Below, piece by piece: positions 38,455 to 49,829 of a stretch of 64,000 bases of DNA. Position 1 is the first letter of the stretch; each line of letters opens with the position of its first letter. A program made the position numbers and the translations under genes. This DNA comes from an uncultured delta proteobacterium (GTDB lineage Bacteria; Myxococcota_A; Polyangia; Fen-1088): assembly GCA_963796685.1 (NCBI GenBank), contig CAWCMR010000025.1:128001-192000 (forward strand), given 5' to 3'. The notes beneath the pieces were generated by a model, which saw only the letters and a program-made list of their open reading frames with translations, made no database searches and was not told the origin of the DNA.

Positions 38455-40695
38455 ATGACGAGAGACGATTATCTCCGGGATCCAGTTTTTCGTGACGCAT
38501 CCGCGCGGCCGGCATTCTTTGCAGTTGTCGCGGTGGCGTTGCTGACGGTAGGCGCGTGCGCCAACGCCTCGGTCGTGAACGGCGGCGAGGGCGGGACCGG
38601 CGCAGGAGCGGGCCCCGCCGGCGGGGGCGGCCGGGGCGGCGGCGGTGGCGGGGGCGGCATCATCGTGAACCTCGACTCGCACGCTCGCGAGGATGCGAGC
38701 GTGGACCGGCCGGGGGGCGGGACCTGCGGCGATGGCGTCATCGAGCGCAGCGAGCAATGCGATGACGGCAATACGACGAGTGGCGATGGCTGCAGCCGGA
38801 TTTGCCAAATCGAAGCGAACTGGGATTGTCCCACCGAGGGACAACCCTGCAAGTACGTGGGGAATTGCGGAAGCGGTGTCCTGACCTCGAACAAGGTCTG
38901 CGACGACGGCAATACCGTCAGCGGCGATGGCTGCTCCAGCGACTGCAAGACCGTCGAGACCGGCTACATCTGTCGGGTGCCGGGCAAGCCCTGTTCCACG
39001 CGGTGTGGTGACGGCATCCTCAAGGGTTTCGAGACCTGCGACGACGGCAACACCAACAGCGGCGATGGTTGCTCCGCGACGTGCAAGATCGAGCCTGGCT
39101 TCGACTGCGCCGGTAGCCCGAGCACCTGCAATCCGACCGTCTGTGGCAACGGGAAGAAAGAGGCCGGCGAAACCTGCGACGACGGCAACACCCTGCCCTA
39201 CGATGGTTGTTCCTCGAACTGCCAGAGCGAGCCCAAGTGCGGCACGGACACCAGCGCGGTGGGCGCCTGCAAGAGCACGTGCGGCGATGGCATCCTCTGG
39301 CGCGGCATCGAGGATTGCGACGACGGCAACGTGGCCGATGGCGACGGCTGCTCCCATGACTGCAAGATCGAAGCGGGATGGACGTGCAAGTCCTTCTTCG
39401 ACGATCCACCCGCGAAGTTGCAGATCCCGATGATCGCTCGCGATTTTGAATCCTACTCCAGCGGCCCTCCGGTCACCGGACATCCCGACTTTGGAACCTA
39501 CTGCTGTGACGACAGCCTTCAGAAGGGCAAGGGCGTCCTGCGCTCGACGCTCGACACTAACCACAAGCCGGTCTGGGCGGGACCGGATCCAGTTCCCGAC
39601 CCAAAGCAAATCGGGTTCACAGGTAAGACCTATTTTGACCAGTGGTATCGCGACGTCAGCGGCGTCAACATGACTTACTACGAAACATTGACCTTGCTGC
39701 AAAACGCGACCAGCAAGACCACCTATGCGATGAACAGTGACACCGACCAGCCCTGGTATGACCTCTGCGGATTCTTCCCACTCGACGATCTCACCAAGCC
39801 GCTCGTCGATCAGAACACCGGGCAGCCAGTCACCTACCACTACGACCAAGGACAGCCAGACGACCGCACCTGCCACGCGTACCAAGGGTTGGGATTTGGC
39901 AACAGCTGGGCGAACCACAATTTCTCCTTCACCACCGAGCTGCGCTACTGGTTCCAGTACCAGGGCACCGAGCAACTCAAGTTCACCGGGGACGACGACG
40001 TGTGGGTGTTCATCAACGGCACCATGGCGATCGAGATGCCCGGTGTCCACAACCGGGCGGTCGGAACCGCAATCCTCGATGCATCCAATGGAACCGCTCA
40101 GGTTGGCTATGGCGAGCCCCCTTCAAGCTACACCACCGTCGATTTGAAGATGACCATCGGCAGCGTCTACGAGGTCGTAGTGCTCCAAGCGGAGCGCTGG
40201 TGCTGCGGCTCGAACTACATGCTGACCCTGGCGAACTTCATCGGGGGGAAGACCCAGTGCACTCCCACCTGCGGCGATGGCGTGACCGTCGCCGACGAGG
40301 AGTGCGACTGCGGCGACGGCACGGGTCCCGTGCCCGCGGGCTGCCCCGGTCCCAACAGCGATACGACCTACGGAGGTTGCACCACGCAGTGCAAATGGGG
40401 TGCCTTCTGCGGCGACGGCACGGTGCAAGGCCCGCCGAATGGTCCGGAGGAATGCGATCTGGGCGCGCTGAACGGCGACACCGGAGCGGGCAGCCAGTGC
40501 AGCGTCTCGTGCAAAGCACCGCGCTCTTGCGGCGACGGCAAGGTGGACACCGATCTGGGCGAGGAATGCGACCTCGCCGGCAACAACGGGGTCAAGCTCG
40601 ACAGTCAGTTGCAACCAGTCAGCGATCCCAACGATCCCGGGGCGCAAGTGTTCTGCACGGCCGACTGCTTGATTCCGCCAGGGATCGTCTACTAG
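38455..40695 (+). CDS. Fibro-slime domain lipoprotein with Myxococcus Cys-rich (DUF4215-type) repeats
   Basis: VGAC lipobox; many CGDG...ExCDDGNxxxGDGCS units; HPDF, FDQWYRD, HNFSFTTE, FTGDDDVWVFING. Confidence 0.9.
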   Translation: MTRDDYLRDPVFRDASARPAFFAVVAVALLTVGACANASVVNGGEGGTGAGAGPAGGGGRGGGGGGGGIIVNLDSHAREDASVDRPGGGTCGDGVIERSEQCDDGNTTSGDGCSRICQIEANWDCPTEGQPCKYVGNCGSGVLTSNKVCDDGNTVSGDGCSSDCKTVETGYICRVPGKPCSTRCGDGILKGFETCDDGNTNSGDGCSATCKIEPGFDCAGSPSTCNPTVCGNGKKEAGETCDDGNTLPYDGCSSNCQSEPKCGTDTSAVGACKSTCGDGILWRGIEDCDDGNVADGDGCSHDCKIEAGWTCKSFFDDPPAKLQIPMIARDFESYSSGPPVTGHPDFGTYCCDDSLQKGKGVLRSTLDTNHKPVWAGPDPVPDPKQIGFTGKTYFDQWYRDVSGVNMTYYETLTLLQNATSKTTYAMNSDTDQPWYDLCGFFPLDDLTKPLVDQNTGQPVTYHYDQGQPDDRTCHAYQGLGFGNSWANHNFSFTTELRYWFQYQGTEQLKFTGDDDVWVFINGTMAIEMPGVHNRAVGTAILDASNGTAQVGYGEPPSSYTTVDLKMTIGSVYEVVVLQAERWCCGSNYMLTLANFIGGKTQCTPTCGDGVTVADEECDCGDGTGPVPAGCPGPNSDTTYGGCTTQCKWGAFCGDGTVQGPPNGPEECDLGALNGDTGAGSQCSVSCKAPRSCGDGKVDTDLGEECDLAGNNGVKLDSQLQPVSDPNDPGAQVFCTADCLIPPGIVY

Positions 40696-40797
40696 ACGGC
40701 CACGCGCACGCCGAAGTCACGAAACGGAAACGCTGGGCTCGCGCCACTGCCCAACGATGACGTCATTCCAAAGTCGTGGCTCGCAGGAGATTCTGCT

Positions 40798-43600
40798 GTG
40801 AGAAGCCGTGCATTCCCCGTTGGTTCCATCGCTCTTCTAGTCCTGGCAGCGTGCGGGTCCAAGGGCTCGTCCGAACCCGGACATACAGGTGGAAGCACCG
40901 GCACCCCCGGCTCCGGAGGAGCGTCGAGCAATGGCGGCACGAGCGCTGGCGGCGGAGACACGACACGCGGTGGGGCTGGGGGAGGCGGTGGCGCTGCGAA
41001 TGGGGGAGCGCCCGGGTCGGGCGGTATGACCGGGTCGGGTGGCAAAGGCAGCGGCGGAGCGGGCGGTCAAGCTGGCAACGCAACTGGTGGGGCGGCTTTC
41101 GGCGGCCAAGCCGGCAAGGGAACAGGCGGCGTGGCAACCGGCGGAACGGCCGGCATGGGTGGCGCGGCGACAGGCGGCCAAGGCGGCGCCGGAATGGGGG
41201 GCGCAGCAACCGGCGGGCAAGCCGGCAGCGGAGCGGGAGGAAATGGCTCTGGGGGGGTTGGTTCCGGCGGCCAGGGGGCGGTATCCAGCGCGTTGGTCAA
41301 TACCTACGACGGAGAGCGAACGACCACGGTCAGCTTCGACCTTGCCTGGAAGTTCCATCTCGGCGACGTCAGCGGCGCGCAGAACACGACCTTCGACGAT
41401 TCGTCCTGGACTTCCTTGGACGTGCCCCATGATTGGAGCATCTCGCTGCCATTCAACCAGAGCTCGGCGGGAACCTATGAAGGCGGGTACCTCGACGGTG
41501 GCTTGGGCTGGTACCGAAAGACCTTCGACCTCCCTGCTTCGGCCTCGGGACAGAGGGTCATGGTCCAATTCGATGGCGTGTACATGGACAGCACCGTGTA
41601 CATGAACGGCACGCAAGTATGCGCCCGTCCCTACGGCTATTCCTCGTTCGAATGCGACTTCACCTCGAACGCCAAGGTTGGCGCGTCGAACGTGCTCGCG
41701 GTCAAGGTCAACAACCAATTGCCCAGCAGCCGCTGGTACTCGGGCAGCGGCATCTATCGCCACACTTGGCTCAAGACCGTGAATCCGGTGCGCGTAGCCT
41801 ACACGGGCTCGCAGGTATCGACGCCGACGGTCTCGACCTCGAGCGCCACCGTCAATATTGCCGTCACGGTCCAGAATGACGGAACGACCGACCAATCGGT
41901 GACCGTGGCGAAGCTCGGTTCGCGACGCCTCGGGCACGGAGGTGGGCAAGGGCTCTTCGGCGGCGACCAGCGTCACCGCCGGGAAGACCGCCAACGTGAC
42001 GCACACAGCGACCGTCTCCAATCCCAAGCTCTGGTCACCCTCCTCGCCCACCCTCTACTCCGTGGTGACAACCGTGTCCGTGGGCGGCTCCGTGGTCGAC
42101 ACGTACACCACCCCGTTCGGCATTCGCACCTTCGCCTTCGACGCGAACACGGGGTTCTCCCTGAACGGCACCAAGATGAAGCTCAACGGCACGTGCAATC
42201 ACCACGACCTGGGCGCCTTGGGTGCGGCTACCAACTCTCGCGCCATCGAGAAGCGCCTGCAGATGCTCAAGGACATGGGCGTCAACGCGCTTCGCACGTC
42301 CCACAATCCGCCCGCGCCCGAGCTGCTGGATATTGCCGATCGCCTCGGACTCATGGTCATGGATGAGGCCTTCGACTGCTGGTATGCGGGCAAGCACACC
42401 TACGACTACGGGCGATTCTTCAACCAGTGGTATGATACGGACGTCCAGGGCTACGTGGCCCGCGATCGCAACCACCCGAGCGTCATCATCTGGAGCATCG
42501 GCAACGAGGTCGCACAGGCCGGCGACAAGGCCACGGTGCAGAAGCTGATCACCTCGGTTCACGCCAAGGACACCACCCGCCCCATCACCCAGGCCTATGC
42601 GGCGTGGGTCGACGTCAGCAACATCACGGGTCTCGAAGACCTGGTGGGAATCAACTACGCCCCGGATCGTTACGACTCGGTTCATACATCCAACCCGAGC
42701 TACAAGATGTTCGCCAGCGAGTCGTCGTCGGCCCTGCGCAGCCGAGGCATCTACAATAACAACAACAATCAGGAGTCGTCCTACGACGACTCCTGGGCCG
42801 GCTGGGGGGCGGGCGCGGAAGCGTCGTGGAACAGCGTCAACACGCGCGCGTGGATCGCCGGCGAGTTCATCTGGACCGGCTTCGATTACATCGGCGAGCC
42901 CACGCCCTACCAATGGCCCTCCAAGAGCTCGTACTTCGGGGCCATCGACACCGCCTACTTCCCGAAGGACATCTTCTATTTCTATCAGAGCAAGTGGAAC
43001 GCCGGCGGCCCCACCATGGTCCACATCGTTCCCATGAATTGGACGAATTGGACGAACGGGCAATCGGTGAAGGTCTTGGTCTACACCAATGCCGACAGCG
43101 TCGAGCTCTTCCTCAACGACAAGTCGCAGGGTTCGAAGACCATGAATTCCACCACCGGGCACCTCCAGTGGTCGGTTCCATTCGCCACGGGAACGCTGCA
43201 GGCCAAGGCCACCAAGGGCGGTACGGTCGTTGCGACCGACACGGTGAAGACCGCCGGGGCAGCGGCGGCTCTGTCGCTGACCACAGACCGGGCTTCGATC
43301 ACCGCGGATGGACGCGATCTGTCCTTCGTCGAGGTGGACATCGTCGACGCTCAGGGCGTTGTCGTCCCGCAGGCCAACAACAAGGTCGATTTCACGATCA
43401 GCGGGCCAGGGGCACTGGTGGGCCTCGACGCTGGAGACTCGACAAATCACGACTCCTACAAAGGTACGTCGCATGCCGCCTTCAGCGGCAAGTTGATGGC
43501 CATCATCCAGTCCACGACTACAGCCGGAACGATCACGCTGAAGGCGGCCTCCGGATCGCTTGCCGGCAGCGCGGTGAACATCACGACGACTACACCCTAA
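40798..43600 (+). CDS. GH2 glycoside hydrolase (beta-galactosidase-like) lipoprotein, +1 frameshift near 41911
   Basis: LAAC lipobox and Gly linker; VPHDWSI, FDGVY, SRWYSGSGIYR, HHDLGALG, RTSHNP, WSIGNE, WTGFDYIGEPTPY. Confidence 0.9.
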
Positions 43601-43646
43601 GAAGGCACGCAGGCAGCAGCGACACGGTCATCAGAGTCGATAGCTT

Positions 43647-43684
43647 AACCGCCCAGGCCGCTCCGGCTGGGCGGTTTCTTTTCC
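43647..43684 (+). terminator. Intrinsic terminator after the GH2 gene
   Basis: AACCGCCCAG/CTGGGCGGTT stem followed by TCTTTT. Confidence 0.7.
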
Positions 43685-43749
43685 ATGAAATCGCGCGGCT
43701 TCGATGCTCCTCCCATGATGGAATTCGAGCCCTGCCTCCACTGCGAGAC

Positions 43750-45483
43750 ATGATGGTTTTACTACGGAAGTCGTGCGCGCATACGAAACCCTCGAGCTTC
43801 GTCGCCCTTGCCCTTCTCTGGGGAATCGTGGGCTGCGGAACGAGTGGTGACGGTGTCCCGTCAGGCGGAACCGGTGGCGGAACAGGTCCGCAGCGCGACA
43901 GCGCGGTCGGCTCAGGAGGCTCCCACGGTACAGGGGGCAGCTCGGGCGCCGGCGGTGCCACGGGTGGACAGAGCGGTAACGCGGGTGCGGGAGGTCGAAC
44001 CGGTGGTGCCGGTGGGCAATCCTCGGGCAGCGGCGGCGGCGCAGGGGCCGGAGGTGCTTCCGGCACAGGTGGCACAGCGGGCAAAGGGGGAGCGGCAGGC
44101 ACCGGCGGTGCCACAGGAGGTACTGGCGGCCTGCCAGGCACAGGTGGCACCGCCGGTTCGGGAGGCTTGGGCGGTGCGACAACGGACGGAGGCGTGACTG
44201 GCACGGGCGGAAGGACAGGAGCCGGCGGCACCCCTGCAACCGGCGGCACCAGCGGCGCGACAGCAACGGGCGGCAAGGCTGCAACGGGTGGCGCAGGCGG
44301 CCTGGGTGGCTCGACCGCAACCGGCGGCGCCGGGGCCGGCGGCACAGCCGGCACGGGGGGGTCTACAGCGCTCGCGGCGACCCCACCCATGGGCTGGAAC
44401 TCGTGGAACACCTTCGGATGCAGCCCCAGCGACACCCTGATCCGCGGCATTGCCGACGCGATGGTCACGAGCGGGATGGCGGCGGTCGGGTACGTGTACG
44501 TCAACATCGATGACTGTTGGATGAATGGCCGCGATGCCAGCGGGAATCTTCGGCCAGACCCCACGAAATTCCCCAATGGCATTTCCGCCGTGGCCGACTA
44601 CGTACACGGCAAGGGTCTCAAGCTCGGAATCTACGAGGTGCCAGCGGCTGTGACTTGCGCCGGCCGCGGCTCGTTCGGCTCAGCCGCTGGCGTGGGAAGC
44701 CTGGGACACGAAACCGCGGACGCCAAGTCTTTCGCCTCCTGGGGTGTCGACTACCTCAAGTATGATTACTGCTGGGGGGACATGAAGGGCTTCAAAGTCA
44801 TGAAGGACGCCCTTGTCGCCACTGGCCGCCCGATCTTCTACAGCATCAACCCGGCCTCTGGCACCGGGGCGTCCTGCGTGCCGCCGACCTGCACGATCGA
44901 TCTGGTGAACATCGCCAACATGTGGCGCATCGGATTCGACATCAATGCCAGTTGGTCGTCGGTCCTGAGCTGCATCGACTTGGACAAACCCCTGTCCAAG
45001 TACGCGGGGCCTGGACACTGGAACGATCCGGACATGCTCGAGGTCGGCAAAGGCATGTCGGCTGACGAGGATCGCTCGCACTTCGGCATGTGGGCGATGC
45101 TGGACGCCCCTCTGTTGACGGGCAACGACCTCCGCTCGATGAACGCAAGCACCAAGGCCGTCCTGACCAACACGGACGTGATCGCCGTGAACCAAGATCC
45201 TCTCGGGGCGCAGGCCACGGTCGTGGCCACACCGGGATCCAATCAGGAAATCTGGTCCAAGTCGCTCACGGGAACCAACACGCGTGCCGTCGCGCTGTTG
45301 AACCGCTCCGAGGCGGCGGTCTCCATGACGGTTCAATGGAGCACGATCGGCATTCCGACCGGGGTCGCCACGGTGCGCGATCTGTGGAACCAGAAGGATC
45401 TCGGCTCGTTCACCGACTCTTACACGGCAACCAGCGTCCCGAAGCACGGCGTCGTGATGCTGAAGGTAACGAGCGGCCCCTAG
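43750..45483 (+). CDS. GH27 alpha-galactosidase-like lipoprotein with Gly-rich linker
   Basis: IVGC lipobox; TPPMGWNSWN, IDDCW, YLKYDYC, WRIGFDI, WNDPDMLEVG. Confidence 0.9.
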   Translation: MMVLLRKSCAHTKPSSFVALALLWGIVGCGTSGDGVPSGGTGGGTGPQRDSAVGSGGSHGTGGSSGAGGATGGQSGNAGAGGRTGGAGGQSSGSGGGAGAGGASGTGGTAGKGGAAGTGGATGGTGGLPGTGGTAGSGGLGGATTDGGVTGTGGRTGAGGTPATGGTSGATATGGKAATGGAGGLGGSTATGGAGAGGTAGTGGSTALAATPPMGWNSWNTFGCSPSDTLIRGIADAMVTSGMAAVGYVYVNIDDCWMNGRDASGNLRPDPTKFPNGISAVADYVHGKGLKLGIYEVPAAVTCAGRGSFGSAAGVGSLGHETADAKSFASWGVDYLKYDYCWGDMKGFKVMKDALVATGRPIFYSINPASGTGASCVPPTCTIDLVNIANMWRIGFDINASWSSVLSCIDLDKPLSKYAGPGHWNDPDMLEVGKGMSADEDRSHFGMWAMLDAPLLTGNDLRSMNASTKAVLTNTDVIAVNQDPLGAQATVVATPGSNQEIWSKSLTGTNTRAVALLNRSEAAVSMTVQWSTIGIPTGVATVRDLWNQKDLGSFTDSYTATSVPKHGVVMLKVTSGP

Positions 45484-45499
45484 CTGCAGCGAAGCACGA

Positions 45500-45548
45500 A
45501 CCGGTGCTGCTCCAGCCCTCGACCGTCGAGGGCTGGAGCAGCACCGGT
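45500..45548. repeat. 49-bp palindrome (24-bp perfect arms, 1-nt centre)
   Basis: accggtgctgctccagccctcgac-c-gtcgagggctggagcagcaccggt. Confidence 0.9.
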
Positions 45549-45585
45549 GTGCCTCACCCGAACAGGTCATTCCTCCAAATTTTCT

Positions 45586-45614
45586 TGAACCGCTCCTTCG
45601 GTCCGCTGCTACTG
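45586..45614 (+). promoter_or_regulatory. Putative ECF promoter (CTACTG class)
   Basis: TGAACC-N17-CTACTG. Confidence 0.65.
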
Positions 45615-45652
45615 GGACACGAAGCACTTCAACTTGCCGGAGGAGAGCGTCT

Positions 45653-46780
45653 ATGAAACTCGCAATTCCGAATCTGCTCAAGAGCGGTTTATTGCTCGGT
45701 CTGATGAGCGTTGGCGTCTACGCATGTGGACAATCGAACGGCGGTGGCAACGGCACTGGCGGCAGCTCGGAGGGGGGCTCGGGTGGCACGGGTAGCGGAG
45801 GTCATACTGCCGGCTCGGGAGGCTCCACCAGCGCGGGCGGAACCACGACCTCCGGCGGGACAACGGGCTCGGGTGGCACGCATGAAACGGGCGGCACCGT
45901 TGGCTCAGGTGGCAGCAACTCCGGCGGCACATCGTCGTCGGGCGGCGCAGCGACAGGAGGCTCGTCCTCGGGTGGCGCAGGCGGTTCGTCCAGCAGCACG
46001 GCCATGGGCGGCACTGGAGGCATGCTCTCGGAAGGGACCGGAGGCAAGGTCACGGGTAGCGGCGGCAAGGTCACGGGTAGCGGCGGCATGGCCCCGGGCA
46101 GCGGCGGCAAAGGCGGTACCAGCGGCCCGACCGACGGAGGCCCAGCAGCCGGTGGCACCGGCGGCGGCACATCCTCTGGTTCGTGCCAGAAAGGCCAAGT
46201 GAAGCCCGCCGAGGTCGTCATCATGGGCGAATCCTTCTATGCGATGCCCCCCGAATACAATGAGAAGCGGATAGAGTCGGATGCCCAAGCGGCGGGAGCG
46301 CTGGCTTCTGGCGCCACCTACCGAAACGTAGCCGAAAGCGGACAACCGATGAGCTATATCGTGGGGACGGAGTGGACCAATGCCACCAAGGGCGGCGCAA
46401 CAGTCAAGGTCGTCATCATGGATGGCGGTGGTATCGATTGTCTCACGTCGGGATCGTGTCCCACGTGTGCCTCCCAATTCACAACCCTGCTCGGCAAGAT
46501 GGCTACCGAAGGCGTGCAGGACGTCATCTACACGCGCTATCCGGAACCGGGAGCCCCTCCCGGCTCGAACGCCTCATTGAAAGCGTGCCTCGACTCCGTT
46601 ATGCCGACAATGCAACCTGTGTGTGAAAACGCCACCGGACTGAAATGCCATTGGGTGGACTTGAGACCCGTTTTCGTGGCTGGCGACACCACGGACGGCC
46701 TCCATCCGACCCAAACAGGCGGAGACCACGTCGGAGACGCGATTTGGTCCGAGATGGTCAAGGATTGCATCGCCCAGTGA
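45653..46780 (+). CDS. SGNH/GDSL-like hydrolase lipoprotein with Gly-rich linker
   Basis: VYAC lipobox; IMGESF (GDS variant), DGGGID, DGLHP; GGAGG RBS. Confidence 0.75.
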   Translation: MKLAIPNLLKSGLLLGLMSVGVYACGQSNGGGNGTGGSSEGGSGGTGSGGHTAGSGGSTSAGGTTTSGGTTGSGGTHETGGTVGSGGSNSGGTSSSGGAATGGSSSGGAGGSSSSTAMGGTGGMLSEGTGGKVTGSGGKVTGSGGMAPGSGGKGGTSGPTDGGPAAGGTGGGTSSGSCQKGQVKPAEVVIMGESFYAMPPEYNEKRIESDAQAAGALASGATYRNVAESGQPMSYIVGTEWTNATKGGATVKVVIMDGGGIDCLTSGSCPTCASQFTTLLGKMATEGVQDVIYTRYPEPGAPPGSNASLKACLDSVMPTMQPVCENATGLKCHWVDLRPVFVAGDTTDGLHPTQTGGDHVGDAIWSEMVKDCIAQ

Positions 46781-47163
46781 CCTAGTTCGGCCCGTCAAAG
46801 CCTCGGGCACGTTCTGGGCCGAAGGTCGTTGTGGGAACCTCTGTTTCCCACAACGGGCTTCGGCTGGCGAAGACAGCCTGCGCCTGACGGGATCCATTCC
46901 GTCCGGCCTGTTTCGCCTCGGTGACAGAGCGTGCCCCTTGCCCGGCACTACCGCCAGCCGCTCCGGCCCAAGAGACAGGTTCGTCGGGTTGGCCCTTCGT
47001 CTCGAGTGACGGCATCCGGCGCCGTGGAGGCTTAGGGGTGTGACCGCGCCGGCGGTGCCAAAAACCTTTAGGTTCATGCGGGACCGTCCGTGCTTTGAGA
47101 ACCACTTTGCGGGATATTCGGACTGGAAATCGAGATACTCTGACCCTAGCGAGGATCACACTG

Positions 47164-47736
47164 ATGAGAACGGCGAATTTGGCAAAAACGTTCGTGCTGG
47201 TGGGAAGCCTGAGTATCGGTGTTTGGAGCTGCAACAACTCAAGCGGAAGCGATGCCGGAAGCGGGGGAACAGCGGGCTACGGGGGGACGGGGGGAGTTGG
47301 CATGGGCACAGGAGGAAACGGCACCGGAATGGGAGGAGCCAGCACCGGAACAGGAGGAGCTACGACGGTGCAGCCCGACCCTCTCGAGATTGACGGAAAA
47401 TGGCTGTATTTGGGTCCCTCGGACGGGCCACACACGCTCACGATCAGCAATGGATCGATGGCGTATGCTGATTTCGATGGGCAGTGGTCATCAAACTGGA
47501 CCATCAAGGAATACGACAACGGACTTCACCATTTTCAAGTTGTCTTTGAGTCTGGCACCGGGACGTATCTTCCGGTCGGACAGAACATGAGCGGAACCTA
47601 CGCCGTGAGTGGCGCGGAACTGACGGTGCAGCTGGCGGACGGTCTAGCATCGTATCCGCCAATGCAGAGCCCAGGTAGCTGCATGGACGTGACCACGCCC
47701 ATACCTGACTGCAGGCTATATGTGAGCCAGAATTAG
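47164..47736 (+). CDS. Hypothetical lipoprotein
   Basis: VWSC lipobox, short Gly linker, small beta-rich domain. Confidence 0.6.
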   Translation: MRTANLAKTFVLVGSLSIGVWSCNNSSGSDAGSGGTAGYGGTGGVGMGTGGNGTGMGGASTGTGGATTVQPDPLEIDGKWLYLGPSDGPHTLTISNGSMAYADFDGQWSSNWTIKEYDNGLHHFQVVFESGTGTYLPVGQNMSGTYAVSGAELTVQLADGLASYPPMQSPGSCMDVTTPIPDCRLYVSQN

Positions 47737-49829
47737 AGAAGCCCGAGGGCGGCGCAATCGCCTCACGCTTGTCCTGATGCTCTCCGTGAAATTCTCAGTC
47801 TGGTGGCCCATCGGCACTACCGGCAGTTCTCGCAATTGATGCTGGACGTTCTCACCGATTGCGACACCAACAAGTCGTATCGGTTGATCTTCCCTACATC
47901 GAGATACTCTTCGCACTTGCCACAGACAAGGTACCAGGAGACTACCCATAGCTCTACGGGCCGACAAAAGGCAGTCTCCGGTGATTTGTCAGTAGTAGCC
48001 GGAGGCGTTCAAGTAGACATCGTCAATCCACGTGTCGGCGAGCGAACCCTGCTGCTGGCAGTTGACCATTATGCTGCCGGTGCCACTTGGCGCCGCAAAG
48101 GAGGGAGTGATGCTAGGGCTCGCCCAAGTGGTGGAGGCGGGACCACTCTTGTATTGCATCAAATCGAGGGCGTCTCCCCCGCAACCGCTCCCCGCGTAGG
48201 CGAATACAGTGCACATAACGGCATCGGCGTCGGAGGAAGACAACTCCTTGAAACGATATCCGAAGTGATACCCGCCGGCCCCTGCGCTGACACACTGAGT
48301 GAGCTGGCCGAAAAAGAACCCGTAGTAACTGAGGCGAAGTGAGCCCGAGGTTGGGCAAGAGTCGGCGTCGTTTCCACTGACCCAGTTCTCGAGCGGCGAG
48401 GGACAGACAGAACTGGGACAGCCGTCACCGGACGTCCAACCCGACAAGGACGTTGCGAAACCCGGGTTGGCGAGGAGATTGCCCGAGCTCGGTTGACCGC
48501 ACTGGCAGGTGTGGCTCGAGGTGCAAGTCGCACTAGGCCCGTACGAGGCGGTGCAATCGCTAGGAGATGTGCACGGGACACACGCGTTGTTGTAGCACCT
48601 TGGATTGGGGCTCGAACAATTGCCGTCGCCCGCGCATTGGACGCAGGTAGTGCCTGAACAGACCGGCTTGGAGGGCGACGTGCAGTCGCTGCTCGCTAGG
48701 CACCCGACGCAGGTGTTGCTGCTGGTATTGCACACGGGCGTAGTGCCTGAACAGTTGCTGTTCCCAGCGCATTGGACGCATGCATTGTTGGAGCACACGG
48801 GTTTGGAACCTGAACATCCGCCGCTCGCGGTGCATTGGACGCATGTGTTCGTGGTGGTGTTGCATTTCGGCGTGGAGCCCGAGCAGGTGGTGTCGTCGGT
48901 GCACTGGACGCATGTGTTGGCGGTGGTATTGCATCTCGACGTGGAGCCCGAACATTGGCTATCCCCGGTGCATTGGACGCACGTGGTGCCGCCAGAGCAG
49001 TGCTTGCTGGTGGTCGTACAGTTGTTGGAGCAGTTTCCACAGTGGGCGTCTGTGTTCAAGGCCACGCAAGTGCTTCCCCCGCAGGTATCCTGGCCAGCGG
49101 GACAGCCGGTCGCGCACGTCGTGGTATCCGCGCAGGCGTACGGGGCACAAGTCCGGCTGGCCGGCGCTGGTGTCCCGCAGTGACCAGCGCCATCGCACAT
49201 CCGAGGGTAGGTCTGAGTGCCGCTCGAACAGTTTCCCGCCACGCACTGCGCCACTGGATAGTTGCAAGCTTGCCGGTGCGCGGCGGTTCCGTCGCAAGTT
49301 CCCCCACACATGGCATAACTGGCGTCGGTCGTGCACGCCGTGCGCGGGGTGGTCGTCGGGGAACAGGTACCCTTGGCCGAGGCGGTGTTGCAGGCTTCGC
49401 ACTGCCCGGTGCAGGTGGCGTCGCAGCAAACGCCGTCAGCGCAGATGCCGCTTGCGCATGCTGCCGCAGCGGCGGCAGTGCAACTGGTGCCGTTGGGGTT
49501 CCCGACGCACGTACCGTTGTTGCACGCTGGCGTATTTCCACTGCAGCCTCCACAGCACTCCGTGGAGGCGATGCAAGTGCCGTTGCAAAGTTTTTGCGAA
49601 CCGTTGCAGCTCACCGACGTCCCGCCGCTTCCAGTCCCGCCGCTTCCGATCCCGCCGCTCCCGGTCCCGCCGCTTCCGATCCCGCCGCTCCCGGTCACCC
49701 CGCCCGAGCCGGGAGTCCCGCCGGTCACGATGATTCCACCCGAACCGATGGTTCCAGCAAGCCCTGTCATACCGCCCGAGCCGTTGATTCCGCCGCCGCC
49801 CCCGCCACTTGCCCCACCTAGGGGCGAAT

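Noticed and set aside
41900-41945. Programmed frameshifting in GH2 and other split genes
   Set aside because: No slippery sequences are evident and these families are not known to use it.
43750-45483. GH27 as beta-L-arabinopyranosidase because of the nearby ara genes
   Set aside because: The IDDCW motif has the Asp typical of alpha-galactosidases; the specific call is unsupported, though side activity is possible.
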